Shown here piece by piece: positions 44,551 to 54,738 of a DNA stretch of 64,000 nucleotides. The first letter of the stretch is position 1; each line of letters starts with the position of its first letter. Source of the stretch: Candidatus Omnitrophota bacterium (GTDB lineage Bacteria; Omnitrophota; Gorgyraeia; Gygaellales; Profunditerraquicolaceae); NCBI GenBank assembly GCA_041661605.1, contig JBAZUE010000002.1, positions 40,010 through 104,009 on the forward strand, written 5' to 3'. The notes below the pieces were generated by a model. The model ran no database searches. It saw nothing but the letters and a program-made list of their open reading frames with translations, and had not been told where the DNA came from. Both the position numbers and the translations under genes were made by a program.

Positions 44551-45789
44551 ATGGAATTTATCGCCGATTTTCATATTCATTCCAAATATTCCCGGGCAAC
44601 CAGCCGGGATATGGATGTCAAACATCTTGCAGAGTGGGCAAAGCTCAAAGGTGTCACTCTTATGGGCACCGGGGATTTTACGCACCATCTCTGGCTGGAA
44701 GAGCTAAAACATACATTAGAAGATTGCGGCAACGGTTTGTATAAGTACGCGGGCATATATTTTATGCTTACTGCCGAGGTAAGCAGTATTTACTCTAAGA
44801 ATGGGCGTACCTACCGTATCCATAATTTAATTTTTAGCCCTTCTTTTAAAAGTGTGGATAAAATAAATGAAAGGCTGGGCAGGATAGGCAATTTAGCTAG
44901 CGACGGCCGGCCGATATTAGGTTTGGATGCTGCTGAATTAGCGCGTATTGTTTTTGACATAGATGAAAACTGCATGATTGTGCCCGGGCATATCTGGACA
45001 CCCTGGTTTTCCGTATTTGGCTCTATGTCGGGCTTTGATAAGATTGAAGATTGTTTTGAGGCGCAAACGGAGAAGATATTTGCGCTTGAGACCGGTCTTT
45101 CAAGCGATCCGACGATGAATTGGCGCCTGAGCGCTTTAGACAGGTTTACTTTAATTTCTAACAGCGATTCGCATTCCCCTTCAAGAATCGGCCGCGAGGC
45201 CAATGTTTTCAATTGTGAGCTGGATTATAAAACCATAAGAGAGGTTTTAAGAACAAAAGATAAAAAAAGATTTCTTTACACAATAGAATTCTTTCCCGAA
45301 GAAGGCAAATATCATTTTGACGGCCACAGGCTCTGCGGTATTCGTTGGTCGCCCCAGGAAACCAGGGCGCATAATGGGAAATGCCCAAAGTGCGGCAAGA
45401 ACGTAACTGTGGGGGTAGTTAACCGGGTTGAGAAATTAGCTGATCGAGCTGAAGGGTTTGTTCCGGATAATGCTATACCTTTTAAAAATCTTGTTTCGCT
45501 GGATCAGATAATTGCGGAAACAAAAGGCGTTGCCAAGACTAGCGTAGGAGTAGAAAGAGATTATCGAAGCTACTTAGCAAATTTTGGCACAGAGTTTGAT
45601 ATATTGATGCGAGCCTCCAGAGAGGATTTATCTAAAAAGCTACCGGTTAAAGTTGTTGAGGGTATTATGAGGATGCGTGCCGGAAGAGTAAACATAAAAC
45701 CCGGTTATGATGGAGAATACGGGATAATTTCAATATTTGACAAAGACGAGCCTGAAGCAAAACATGAACAGCAGCTCGATTTGTTCTAA
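44551..45789 (+). CDS. PHP-domain protein with a C-terminal zinc ribbon, endonuclease-Q-like (TIGR00375-type)
   Basis: N-terminal ADFHIHSKYSRATSRDM, a PHP His cluster, and a C-terminal C-x-n-CPKCG zinc ribbon; the family call is from memory of EndoQ/TIGR00375 architecture. Confidence 0.5.
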   Translation: MEFIADFHIHSKYSRATSRDMDVKHLAEWAKLKGVTLMGTGDFTHHLWLEELKHTLEDCGNGLYKYAGIYFMLTAEVSSIYSKNGRTYRIHNLIFSPSFKSVDKINERLGRIGNLASDGRPILGLDAAELARIVFDIDENCMIVPGHIWTPWFSVFGSMSGFDKIEDCFEAQTEKIFALETGLSSDPTMNWRLSALDRFTLISNSDSHSPSRIGREANVFNCELDYKTIREVLRTKDKKRFLYTIEFFPEEGKYHFDGHRLCGIRWSPQETRAHNGKCPKCGKNVTVGVVNRVEKLADRAEGFVPDNAIPFKNLVSLDQIIAETKGVAKTSVGVERDYRSYLANFGTEFDILMRASREDLSKKLPVKVVEGIMRMRAGRVNIKPGYDGEYGIISIFDKDEPEAKHEQQLDLF

Positions 45790-45797
45790 GAAATAAC

Positions 45798-45869
45798 GCG
45801 CCTGTGGCTCAACGGATAGAGCACTAGCCTCCGAAGCTGGTGGTGCAGGTTCAATTCCTGCCAGGCGCA
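45798..45869 (+). tRNA. tRNA-Arg (anticodon CCG)
   Basis: Acceptor GCGCCUG/CAGGCGC, anticodon loop CUCCGAA, T-loop UUCAAUU; 72 nt. Confidence 0.8.
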
Positions 45870-45884
45870 AAATAATATAAAAGA

Positions 45885-46343
45885 ATGCAGAAGAGAATAG
45901 TTTCGGTAATAGGAGGACATAATTGTACGAAGAAGGTGGAGCAAATAGCCTTTAATTTAGGCAAAAGTCTGGCTAAAGTGGTTGGTATTTTAGTTTCAGG
46001 CGGTTTACAGGGAACGATGAAGGCAGTTTGTTCTGGTTTTAAGGCTGGTGGAGGCTTAACTATAGGAATTATACCAAGTTATGATAAAAGCGACGCCAAT
46101 AAGTTTGTAGATGTGGTGATTCCTACGGGCTTAGGATTAGCCAGGAATGTGTTGGTTGTTAAATCCGCAGATGTAGTGGTGGCGCTTCCGGGTAAGGCAG
46201 GCACTCTTTCTGAGGTTGCCTATTGTTTACAGTTTGGTATTCCGGTAATCAGCTTAGACTCTTGGGATATCAAGACAGTTATTAAAGTCTCCACTGTCAA
46301 AGAAGCTGTCAGGCAGGTCAAGAGGATTTTAAGAAAGGACTGA
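45885..46343 (+). CDS. LOG-family / TIGR00725 Rossmann-fold nucleotide-binding protein
   Basis: 152 aa; GGG...GLM and PGG.GT..E motifs (VSGGLQGTM ... LPGKAGTLSEV). Confidence 0.6.
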   Translation: MQKRIVSVIGGHNCTKKVEQIAFNLGKSLAKVVGILVSGGLQGTMKAVCSGFKAGGGLTIGIIPSYDKSDANKFVDVVIPTGLGLARNVLVVKSADVVVALPGKAGTLSEVAYCLQFGIPVISLDSWDIKTVIKVSTVKEAVRQVKRILRKD

Positions 46344-46344
46344 A

Positions 46345-47913
46345 ATGCAGAAGAAGGTGATTATTTTAGGGGGTGGTCCAAATAGGATCGGCCAGGGTAT
46401 CGAGTTTGATTATTGCTGCTGTCATGCCGCCTATGCGCTTAAAGAGGAAGGAATATGCAGTATTATGATAAACTGCAATCCGGAAACAGTTTCTACTGAT
46501 TATGATACCTCTGACCGGCTTTATTTTGAACCACTTACATTCGAAGATATTATGAATATCATTGAACTGGAAAAACCAATAGGCGTGATTGTGCAATTCG
46601 GCGGACAAACTCCGCTTAATCTGGCAGTAGCTTTACGGGAGGCGGGGGTAAATATTTTAGGGACCAGTTCAGAAAATATTGATATTGCGGAGGATCGCAA
46701 ACGTTTCAAGCACATGATTGATAAATTGGGCCTGTTGCAGCCGAATAGCGGCACGGTGTTTACCTTTGAAGAGGCGCAGAAAGTAGCCAGCAATATCGGT
46801 TATCCTGTATTGGTCAGGCCGTCGTATGTCTTGGGCGGCCGGGCAATGGAGATTGTTTATGATGCAGAATTATTAGAAAGATTTATTAAGGAGGCAGCTG
46901 AGGTTTCCGGTGAACATCCTATATTGATAGATAAATTCCTGGAGGATGCTATTGAAGTGGATGTGGATTTAATCGGAGACGGCGAGACTTTTGTTATCGG
47001 TGGAATTTTGGAGCACATTGAACAAGCAGGGGTACATTCAGGGGATGCGGCAATGTCTCTGCCTACTTACACTTTGTCTCCGGAGATCTTAAAAAAGATA
47101 AGAGAAGCTACTTACCGTTTAGCCAAAGAATTAAATATCGTTGGCTTGATGAATGTGCAATATGCGGTTAAGGATGCTAAGGTGTATATCCTGGAAGTTA
47201 ACCCCCGTGCTTCCCGTACCGTGCCTTTAGTCTCTAAGGTTATTGGAGTGCCTCTGGCAAAGTTGGCAACTAAGGTTATGTTGGGTAAGAAACTAAAGGA
47301 TTTAGGTTTTACTGAAGAGACCATCCCTCGGCACGTGGCAGTAAAAGAATCAGTTTTTCCTTTTAACCGTTTTCCAGGGGTAGATGTAATGTTGGGGCCG
47401 GAGATGAAATCTACCGGAGAGGTTATGGGGATTGATGCGGATTTTTCCAGCGCTTATATCAAAAGTCAGATTGCCGCCGGACAGAAGATTCCCAAGAAAG
47501 GCAATGTATTTATCTCTGTGCATGATCGGGACAAAAGAGACGTGATTCCTATTGCCAAGAAATTAAAAGAATTGGGGTTTAATATTTTTGCGTCTAGCGG
47601 CACAGCATCAGTCTTGGGGAAAAACAATATATCGGCTAAGGTACTGCCTAAGATCACCGAGGGCAGGCCGAATATCCTGGATTTGATGAAAGATGGTAAG
47701 ATCCAGATGGTTATTAATACTCCTTCAGGCAGGATACCCCGCCAGGATGAGGTAAAGATACGCTCGCAAGTAATCCTTTATAATATTCCCTATACCACTA
47801 CAATTTTTGGAGCGCAGGCAACGGTAAACGGGATTGAAATGTTTATGAAGAAAGATTTAAACGTGAAATCACTGCAGGAGTATCATAAGATTAAAGGAAG
47901 AAAAGTTAAATAG
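46345..47913 (+). CDS. carB: carbamoyl-phosphate synthase large subunit, C-terminal half only (second ATP-grasp plus MGS-like domain), a split CarB
   Basis: Begins VIILGGGPNRIGQGIEFDYCC.HA, which corresponds to about residue 555 of E. coli CarB; collinear to the end (MGS-like GT..L...GI). No N-terminal-half gene is present in this window. Confidence 0.88.
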   Translation: MQKKVIILGGGPNRIGQGIEFDYCCCHAAYALKEEGICSIMINCNPETVSTDYDTSDRLYFEPLTFEDIMNIIELEKPIGVIVQFGGQTPLNLAVALREAGVNILGTSSENIDIAEDRKRFKHMIDKLGLLQPNSGTVFTFEEAQKVASNIGYPVLVRPSYVLGGRAMEIVYDAELLERFIKEAAEVSGEHPILIDKFLEDAIEVDVDLIGDGETFVIGGILEHIEQAGVHSGDAAMSLPTYTLSPEILKKIREATYRLAKELNIVGLMNVQYAVKDAKVYILEVNPRASRTVPLVSKVIGVPLAKLATKVMLGKKLKDLGFTEETIPRHVAVKESVFPFNRFPGVDVMLGPEMKSTGEVMGIDADFSSAYIKSQIAAGQKIPKKGNVFISVHDRDKRDVIPIAKKLKELGFNIFASSGTASVLGKNNISAKVLPKITEGRPNILDLMKDGKIQMVINTPSGRIPRQDEVKIRSQVILYNIPYTTTIFGAQATVNGIEMFMKKDLNVKSLQEYHKIKGRKVK

Positions 47914-47922
47914 GCCAAAAGT

Positions 47923-48723
47923 ATGCCGGAACTTCCAGAAGTAGAGACAATTAAAAGAGATTTACAAAAGATAATTCTGGGTAAGAAAATTATCGAGGTT
48001 TGCGTGTATAACCCCATGGTTATACGTGAGCCATCGCCGTATCTATTTAAGAAATCACTTAAAGGGTTAGTTGTAAAGAATATTTTACGCCGGGGGAAAC
48101 TTTTGATTTTAGAGCTATCAAATGGTCTATCTTTAACCATACACTTAAAGATGACCGGTCAGCTGGTTTACCCCGGAGGATCTAAGAACAGCCGGGTGTC
48201 TTTTCATCTGTCCGGAGGGAAAATCCTGGATTTTAATGACCAGCGTTTATTCGGGGAATTACGTTTGGTTGATGACTGGAGGAAAATAAAATTTGTTCAG
48301 GGGCTTGGTCCTGAACCATTTGATTTGACTTACCCCGATTTTAGGGATATGCTCTCTAAGAAGAAAACCAAAATCAAACCTTTATTGATGGATCAATCGT
48401 TTATCTCCGGGATCGGCAATCTTTATGCTTCTGAGATCTTGTTCCGGGCTAAGATTGACCCGCGCAGGCCCGCACAAAGTTTGACTGGAGCGGAAAAAGA
48501 AGCCCTCTATAAAGAAACCAAAGAGGTCTTAAGCAGCGCGATTGTGCATGGCGGCTCTTCCATTGATGATTATGTACGCCTTTCTGGTAAACCAGGAGGT
48601 TATCGTAAGTTCCACCGTGTTTATGGCAGGCAGGATAAGCCTTGTTTTGTCTGCAAGAGTTTAATTAAAAAGATCACTCAAGGGGGACGAGGTACTTATT
48701 TTTGCCCTAAATGTCAGAGGTAA
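47923..48723 (+). CDS. mutM: formamidopyrimidine-DNA glycosylase
   Basis: N-terminal MPELPEVE (Pro2/Glu3 catalytic residues), H2TH, C-terminal zinc finger C..C...CPKCQ. Confidence 0.9.
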   Translation: MPELPEVETIKRDLQKIILGKKIIEVCVYNPMVIREPSPYLFKKSLKGLVVKNILRRGKLLILELSNGLSLTIHLKMTGQLVYPGGSKNSRVSFHLSGGKILDFNDQRLFGELRLVDDWRKIKFVQGLGPEPFDLTYPDFRDMLSKKKTKIKPLLMDQSFISGIGNLYASEILFRAKIDPRRPAQSLTGAEKEALYKETKEVLSSAIVHGGSSIDDYVRLSGKPGGYRKFHRVYGRQDKPCFVCKSLIKKITQGGRGTYFCPKCQR

Positions 48724-48726
48724 ATT

Positions 48727-49434
48727 GTGAAAAAACGCCTTAAAATAAATGGAATAATTATGGGTTGTGCGGCAATTATGGTTGTGTTCTTCCCGGGGAT
48801 TTTCTTCCGCAGTCATGTTAATGGAGGAATAGAGGAATATATAGAGCTTTTGGGTTTTTCGCTTATTCTCCTGGGCCAAATAATCCGTGTCTCTGCCCGC
48901 GGATATAAAGCAGAACATTCTTGCGAAAGCCAGGCATTAATACAAGGCGGTCCTTATCAAATAGTGCGCAATCCTATGTATCTGGGAATATTTTTAATCG
49001 GCTTAGGTGTGGTGTTGGCAATATTCAAGTGGTGGGCAGTGATAATTTTTATTATAGTTTTTGTTATCCGGTACGTAATGCTTATCTACAAAGAAGAAAG
49101 AAAGCTTTTAACTTTGTTTCCTGAAGCATACAAAGATTATTGCAAGAAGGTGCCGCGCATCCTTCCGGCATTATCTACGATAACCAGGTTGGATATAAGC
49201 GAGTATTTGCCTATAAAGTTAATTTGGTTTAGAAAAGAAATCGGTTCAATTTTAACGCTTCTTTTATTGACCTTATTGGTAGAATCCTGGGAGGACATTT
49301 CCTGCAAGGGGCTTAAGGTATATTTTTATCAATCCGCATGGTTATTCCTGACCTTTGTTTTATTTATAATTTTCGTAATTTTACTAAGCGGTTGGACGCA
49401 TAAAAAAGATGGAAGCGGTACAGTTAAAAGCTAA
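48727..49434 (+). CDS. ICMT/PEMT-family membrane methyltransferase (GTG start)
   Basis: Multi-TM protein with the ICMT motif GGPYQIVRNPMYLG. Confidence 0.6.
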   Translation: MKKRLKINGIIMGCAAIMVVFFPGIFFRSHVNGGIEEYIELLGFSLILLGQIIRVSARGYKAEHSCESQALIQGGPYQIVRNPMYLGIFLIGLGVVLAIFKWWAVIIFIIVFVIRYVMLIYKEERKLLTLFPEAYKDYCKKVPRILPALSTITRLDISEYLPIKLIWFRKEIGSILTLLLLTLLVESWEDISCKGLKVYFYQSAWLFLTFVLFIIFVILLSGWTHKKDGSGTVKS

Positions 49435-50200
49435 AATAATTTCCAACAAAAAGCTCAAATGTAATTATTGGCATTTAGAATTTGACTCTGGCATAATTGC
49501 TAAGAACGCTTTGGCCGGGCAGTTTATAGAGATCAAAGTCAATAATGGGATGGACCCGTTATTAAGAAGGCCAATTAGTATCCACGGTGTAAGCGGAACA
49601 AAGGTTAAGCTCATTTATGAAGTTATTGGTAGGGGCACGCAGATCCTATCTGAAAGAAAACCAGGTGATTCTTTGGATGTTATTGGTCCCCTGGGTAATG
49701 GTTTTGAATATAACCAGCTGACCAAAAAACTGGATAACCGGAAAACTGTCTTAGTTGCCGGGGGCATGGGTGTGGCTCCTTTGGTCTTTCTGGCGGAAAA
49801 GATAAAATTTCATAGGCCAGTGGTGTTGATTGGAGCCAGAAAGAAAGAGCAGGTTCTCTGTTCCCAAGAATTTAAAGCTTTAGGCTGTAAAGTAGTAACC
49901 GCTACGGATGACGGATCTCTGGGGTTTAAGGGCAGAGTTACGGATCTTTTAAAGGAGTTTTTATTGGAAAACCAGAAAACAGGCAAACCAGAAAATATAT
50001 ACACCTGCGGCCCGCAGCCGATGTTAAAAACCGTTGCTCAAATCTCTCATGAAAATAATATTGCCAGCCAGCTTTCACTGGAAACTCATATGGCATGCGG
50101 ATTTGGCGCCTGCCTTGGGTGTGTTGTGTCTACTAAATCCGGATATAAAAGAGTTTGCAAGGATGGCCCGGTTTTTACGGGCAAGGAGCTAATTTGGTAA
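49409..50200 (+). CDS. pyrK: dihydroorotate dehydrogenase (class 1B) electron-transfer subunit
   Basis: FAD/NAD-binding fold and a C-terminal 2Fe-2S cysteine cluster CGFGACLGCVV. Confidence 0.85.
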   Translation: MEAVQLKAKIISNKKLKCNYWHLEFDSGIIAKNALAGQFIEIKVNNGMDPLLRRPISIHGVSGTKVKLIYEVIGRGTQILSERKPGDSLDVIGPLGNGFEYNQLTKKLDNRKTVLVAGGMGVAPLVFLAEKIKFHRPVVLIGARKKEQVLCSQEFKALGCKVVTATDDGSLGFKGRVTDLLKEFLLENQKTGKPENIYTCGPQPMLKTVAQISHENNIASQLSLETHMACGFGACLGCVVSTKSGYKRVCKDGPVFTGKELIW

Positions 50201-51120
50201 AGCATGCAAAGCCAGATTTGAGCGTAAATATAGGAAGCCTTGTTTTAAAGAACCCGGTGATGGTTGCTTCCGGAACTTTCGGTTATGCCGAAGAGTTTAA
50301 TCGTCTCCTGGATTTAAAGAAACTGGGGGCAATTGTTACCAAAACCATTACCATTAAGCCTCGGCATGGCAATCTTCCTCCCCGGACCTGCGAAACTCCT
50401 GCCGGTATGCTTAATTCCATCGGCTTGGAAAATCCCGGTATAGATAATTTTATTAAAATCAAGCTCCCCTTTTTAGAAAAACTGGGTATTCCCATTATTG
50501 TAAGTATCGCTGCTGAAGATGATCCCGGTGAATTTTATATTTTGGTTGGACAATTGGATAAAATAAGCGCGGTTTCCGCGATTGAACTGAATATCTCCTG
50601 TCCGAACATGCAGAAGAATATATTAATTTCTCAAGATGCCAGGGAAACATCTGCGTTAGTCAGTGCAGTGCGCAGACTTACCAAGAAGTGCTTAATTACT
50701 AAATTGTCTCCCAATGTAACTTCAATCTCAGATATTGCTTTAGCCGCTCAGGATGCAGGTAGTGATGCTGTAGCTTTAATTAATACGCTTTCCGGTATGA
50801 GCATAGACGTGCATAAATGTGTGCCCAAGATTGGGTCATGGGTTGGCGGCCTAAGCGGCCCGGCAATCAGGCCGGTAGCAGTAAAGATGGTTTGGGAGGC
50901 TTATAACAAGATTAAGATTCCTATTATCGGCATGGGTGGTATAATGGATACAGAAAGCGCCTTGGAATTTTTTATTGCCGGAGCTACTGCGATCAGCGTG
51001 GGAACAGCAAACTTTATTAATCCGGGAGCGAGCCTTGAAATTATCTCCGGATTAAAAAAATATATGACGGATAACGACATTTTGAATTTGAGTAATATTA
51101 CCGGAAAGCTAAAAGCATGA
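50194..51120 (+). CDS. pyrD: dihydroorotate dehydrogenase catalytic subunit (class 1B); TTG start preferred over the ORF-track start at 50155
   Basis: VMVASGTFGY, NPG...N.SCPN and GGI..G motifs; AAGGAG SD 6 nt before TTG 50194; the 50155 start would overlap pyrK by 46 nt. Confidence 0.85.
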   Translation: MVKHAKPDLSVNIGSLVLKNPVMVASGTFGYAEEFNRLLDLKKLGAIVTKTITIKPRHGNLPPRTCETPAGMLNSIGLENPGIDNFIKIKLPFLEKLGIPIIVSIAAEDDPGEFYILVGQLDKISAVSAIELNISCPNMQKNILISQDARETSALVSAVRRLTKKCLITKLSPNVTSISDIALAAQDAGSDAVALINTLSGMSIDVHKCVPKIGSWVGGLSGPAIRPVAVKMVWEAYNKIKIPIIGMGGIMDTESALEFFIAGATAISVGTANFINPGASLEIISGLKKYMTDNDILNLSNITGKLKA

Positions 51121-51842
51121 GAGGGTTAAGTAACTCCAGGTCCTTTCGCTCGGCGCAAGGATTTCGCCAGACAAAAACTTGTGGTGCTCAAATTATACTT
51201 GCTCTGGATGTGGATACGATTGAAGAGGCAAAAAGATTCTTAGACAGCCTTTATCCAAAGATAAGTATTTTTAAAGTAGGTAGCCAGCTTTTTACTGCTT
51301 ACGGACCTAAGATTATTGAAATGCTGCATCAAAAAGGCGCCCAGGTCTTTTTGGACCTTAAGTATTTTGATATTCCTAACACTGTGGCTAAAGCTGTCGC
51401 AGCGGCTGTGCGTCAAAGAGTAAAAATGCTTACTTTGCATATTTCTGGGGGCAAGGAGATGCTGGAAGCTGCCGTATCTTCTGCAAGAGAACAAGCAAAA
51501 GTTTCTAAAGTAACCCGGCCGCTGTTAATCGGGGTTACGGTTTTAACCAGTAATAACGCCAAGACCGAAGAGATACTTGCACTGGCAAAAATGGGGATTA
51601 ATTGCGGGTTGGATGGCGTTGTTTGTTCAGCATTAGAAACAAAAAAGGTTCGGGAAGAATTTGGAGACGAATTCATAATTGTCACTCCTGGAATTAGACC
51701 CAAAGGCTATTCTGCCAATGATCAAAAAAGGGTTACGACTGCGAAGGAAGCAATTGATGCTGGAGCTAATTATATAGTAGTCGGAAGGCCGATACTAGAT
51801 GCAAAAGACCCATTAAAGGCAATAAAAGATTTATTAGATTAA
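51117..51842 (+). CDS. pyrF: orotidine 5'-phosphate decarboxylase
   Basis: ILALDVD...IFKVG and DLKYFDIPNT (DxKxxD) motifs. Confidence 0.88.
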   Translation: MRGLSNSRSFRSAQGFRQTKTCGAQIILALDVDTIEEAKRFLDSLYPKISIFKVGSQLFTAYGPKIIEMLHQKGAQVFLDLKYFDIPNTVAKAVAAAVRQRVKMLTLHISGGKEMLEAAVSSAREQAKVSKVTRPLLIGVTVLTSNNAKTEEILALAKMGINCGLDGVVCSALETKKVREEFGDEFIIVTPGIRPKGYSANDQKRVTTAKEAIDAGANYIVVGRPILDAKDPLKAIKDLLD

Positions 51843-51852
51843 GGAGTCTATT

Positions 51853-52455
51853 ATGGCGCAGGAAATTAAAGATTTAATTGCCAAAATACAACAGGAAGGG
51901 GTATTGGCGGCTGAAAAGCAGGCGGCACAGATAAAAACTGAGGCAGGTTCTATGGCTCAGAAAATAATCGCTGAAGCAAAAATGCAGGCCGAAAAGATTA
52001 TCGCACAGGCTAACTTTGAGGCAAAGAAGCTGGATGATTCTACTAATGCTTCTTTAAAACAGGCAGGACGGGATTTACTGATTAGTTTAAGAAAAGAGAT
52101 TAACTCTATGCTGGACAGGCTGGTTAAGTCAAACATGCGCCAGGTTTTGACTATGGAAGAATTGACCAGGATTATCAGGGACCTGATTAAGAGCGCGCCC
52201 CTTTCTTTGGGCAGCCAGATCGTTATTTCCCTTGCCCAGCAAGATAAGGATAAAATAGAAAAGGAATTCTTAAAACAGCTGGCGGAAGAGACAAAAAAAC
52301 AGATAGTCTTAAATTCCGCGGATGAAATTGACAGCGGGTTTATAATCAGTTTTGATTCCGGTAAGTCCACATTTGATTTTAGCGCCCATGCTTTAGCAGA
52401 GTATATATCCAGCTCCTTAAGGCCCGGGCTAAGCAAAATTTTAAAATCAGAATAA
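51853..52455 (+). CDS. atpE: V-type ATP synthase subunit E
   Basis: 200 aa, N-terminal coiled coil rich in A, E, K and Q, C-terminal globular part; first gene of the V-ATPase operon. Confidence 0.7.
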   Translation: MAQEIKDLIAKIQQEGVLAAEKQAAQIKTEAGSMAQKIIAEAKMQAEKIIAQANFEAKKLDDSTNASLKQAGRDLLISLRKEINSMLDRLVKSNMRQVLTMEELTRIIRDLIKSAPLSLGSQIVISLAQQDKDKIEKEFLKQLAEETKKQIVLNSADEIDSGFIISFDSGKSTFDFSAHALAEYISSSLRPGLSKILKSE

Positions 52456-52992
52456 ATGGGAGCTTATTATACATATTTGATTTCCAGCCTGCCAATGCTT
52501 AATTTCTCTTCCCGGCCTCCTTTTGGCTTAGAGGATTTTCTTGCCAAGTGTAAAGGTCTAATTCCGGAAACAGGGATCGAGTTTTTGCGCGATGCCTGCT
52601 ATAAAGAGGTATTTATTTTAACCGCAGGGGAAGCTGCAATAGGCACACTGGGGAAATGGATCAATTTTGAGATAGCCTTAAGAAATGAATTGGCCCGCGG
52701 CCGGGCCAGGCGCAAGAAGATAGATGTTTTAAAATTCATCCATCTTCCCGATGAACCTGAGGCCTATATCAGCCATATAGCTATGTCTGCTTATAGGAGT
52801 TCCTCTATATTGGAAGCGGAAAGGATCCTGGACCAGGCCAGATGGGATTTCTTGGAATCTTTAAGCCTTGGGCATTATTTTGATTTTGATTTTCTTTTGA
52901 TCTATCTTTTAAAACTGAAGATTTTAGATCGCTGGGATAAAGTACAAAAAGCGGATAAGGAATATTTGTTTAATCAGGTAGTCGGGAATTAA
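52456..52992 (+). CDS. hypothetical protein in the V-ATPase operon (positional equivalent of the DUF2764 gene of chlamydial and spirochaetal operons)
   Basis: 178 aa between the E and A subunits; no motif recognised; assignment by synteny only. Confidence 0.4.
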   Translation: MGAYYTYLISSLPMLNFSSRPPFGLEDFLAKCKGLIPETGIEFLRDACYKEVFILTAGEAAIGTLGKWINFEIALRNELARGRARRKKIDVLKFIHLPDEPEAYISHIAMSAYRSSSILEAERILDQARWDFLESLSLGHYFDFDFLLIYLLKLKILDRWDKVQKADKEYLFNQVVGN

Positions 52993-52993
52993 T

Positions 52994-54736
52994 ATGAGAA
53001 AGAAAAGAATCGGGCGCATCGTAAAAGTTAATGCCAATATGGTTGTCGCAGAAGTTGATGGGCATATTATTCAGAATGAAGTGGCTTATATTTTGCACGG
53101 CGCTGAACGTTTAAAGGCAGAGGTAATCCGCGTGAGGGGGAATCGCGCGGAGATGCAGGTTTATGAAAATACAGCGGGCTTAAGGGCTGGACAGGAGGTT
53201 GAATTTAGCGATGAGCTGCTTTCTGTTGAGTTGGGGCCCGGGTTGTTAGGCCAGATTTTTGACGGCCTGCAAAACCCGCTTCCGGCATTGGCGGAAAAAT
53301 GCGGTTTTTTCCTTAAACGCGGAATATATCTTGAAGCCCTTCCTGGTGAAGCAGGCTGGGATTTTACTCCTTTGGTAAAACCAGGGGATAAGGTTTTGGC
53401 TGGCAGCTGGCTAGGTTTTGTTCCGGAGAAAATATTTAAACATTATATTATGGTTCCTTTTACGTTTTCCGGCAGTCTTGAGGTAATAAGCATTGTTTCT
53501 CCGGGCAGGTATAATTTAAAACAACCGGTTGCTCAAATTAGAAGTATTGAAGGTAAAATACATGATGTTTTTTTGCAACAGATCTGGCCGGTAAAGATCC
53601 CTATTCAGGCGTACAAAGAAAAACTAAGGCCGCTTGAGCCATTGGTGACAAAAATGCGCTTGATTGATTCTCTTTTTCCGGTTAGCCGAGGCGGCACTTA
53701 TTGTATCCCCGGCCCGTTTGGCGCGGGGAAAACTGTTTTGCAACAACTGACCAGCCGGCATGCAGAAGTGGATATAGTAATTATTGCCGCCTGCGGAGAG
53801 CGCGCCGGCGAGGTGGTCGAAACACTTAAAACATTTCCCGAGTTAATTGATCCGCGCACCAATAAACCGCTTATTGACCGGACAGTGATTATTTGCAATA
53901 CCAGTTCTATGCCTGTAGCTGCCCGGGAATCCAGCGTTTATACCGCGGCAACTATCGCGGAATATTACCGTCAGATGGGCTTAAATGTTTTGCTGCTGGC
54001 GGATTCTACATCGCGTTGGGCCCAGGCCATGCGTGAAATGTCCGGAAGGCTGGAGGAGATTCCCGGAGAAGAGGCTTTCCCTGCTTATCTTGAATCGCGC
54101 ATAGCTTCTTTTTATGAAAGAGCAGGGCTAGTCCGTTTACATAATGGCTTAACCGGATCTGTTACTATTGGAGGCACAATCAGCCCTGCCGGAGGCAACT
54201 TTGAGGAGCCGGTTACTCAGGCTACGCTTAAAGTAGTCGGAGCTTTTCATGGGCTCTCCCGGGAACGCTCTGATGCGCGCAGGTATCCGGCAATCGATCC
54301 TCTGATTAGCTGGAGTAAATATAAAGGGTTTATTGAACAGCAGAAAGAAGATCTTGGCCATGAGATCTTACGCAGAAGCAATGAGATCTTTCAGATGATG
54401 AAAGTTATCGGAGAGGAAGGGACGTCTCTTAAGGACTATATCGAATACCTTAAAGGTGAATTCTTTGACTTTGTTTATCTGCAGCAGAATGCTTTCGATC
54501 CGGTGGATGAGTCTGCTCCTCAGGAAAGGCAGGTTTATATATTTAACTTTATTTATGATATCCTGCTTGCTGAATTTAAACTGGAAGATAAACAGGGGGC
54601 GCTGCATTTCTTCCAGCAGTTAAGGCAATTGCTGCGTACCTGGAATTCTGCCGCATGGAACAGCGAGGAATTTAAGAAAATAGAAGAAGAGATACAGATA
54701 TTTTTGGAAGAGAATAGAATCCAGAAAGCGGAGTAA
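52994..54736 (+). CDS. atpA: V-type ATP synthase catalytic subunit A
   Basis: P-loop GPFGAGKTV and the subunit-A-specific non-homologous insert region. Confidence 0.93.
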   Translation: MRKKRIGRIVKVNANMVVAEVDGHIIQNEVAYILHGAERLKAEVIRVRGNRAEMQVYENTAGLRAGQEVEFSDELLSVELGPGLLGQIFDGLQNPLPALAEKCGFFLKRGIYLEALPGEAGWDFTPLVKPGDKVLAGSWLGFVPEKIFKHYIMVPFTFSGSLEVISIVSPGRYNLKQPVAQIRSIEGKIHDVFLQQIWPVKIPIQAYKEKLRPLEPLVTKMRLIDSLFPVSRGGTYCIPGPFGAGKTVLQQLTSRHAEVDIVIIAACGERAGEVVETLKTFPELIDPRTNKPLIDRTVIICNTSSMPVAARESSVYTAATIAEYYRQMGLNVLLLADSTSRWAQAMREMSGRLEEIPGEEAFPAYLESRIASFYERAGLVRLHNGLTGSVTIGGTISPAGGNFEEPVTQATLKVVGAFHGLSRERSDARRYPAIDPLISWSKYKGFIEQQKEDLGHEILRRSNEIFQMMKVIGEEGTSLKDYIEYLKGEFFDFVYLQQNAFDPVDESAPQERQVYIFNFIYDILLAEFKLEDKQGALHFFQQLRQLLRTWNSAAWNSEEFKKIEEEIQIFLEENRIQKAE

Positions 54737-54738
54737 AG

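Noticed and set aside
50155-50193. pyrD start at ATG 50155
   Set aside because: It would overlap pyrK by 46 nt and add a non-conserved 13-aa leader. TTG 50194 has an AAGGAG SD and matches the PyrD N-terminus.
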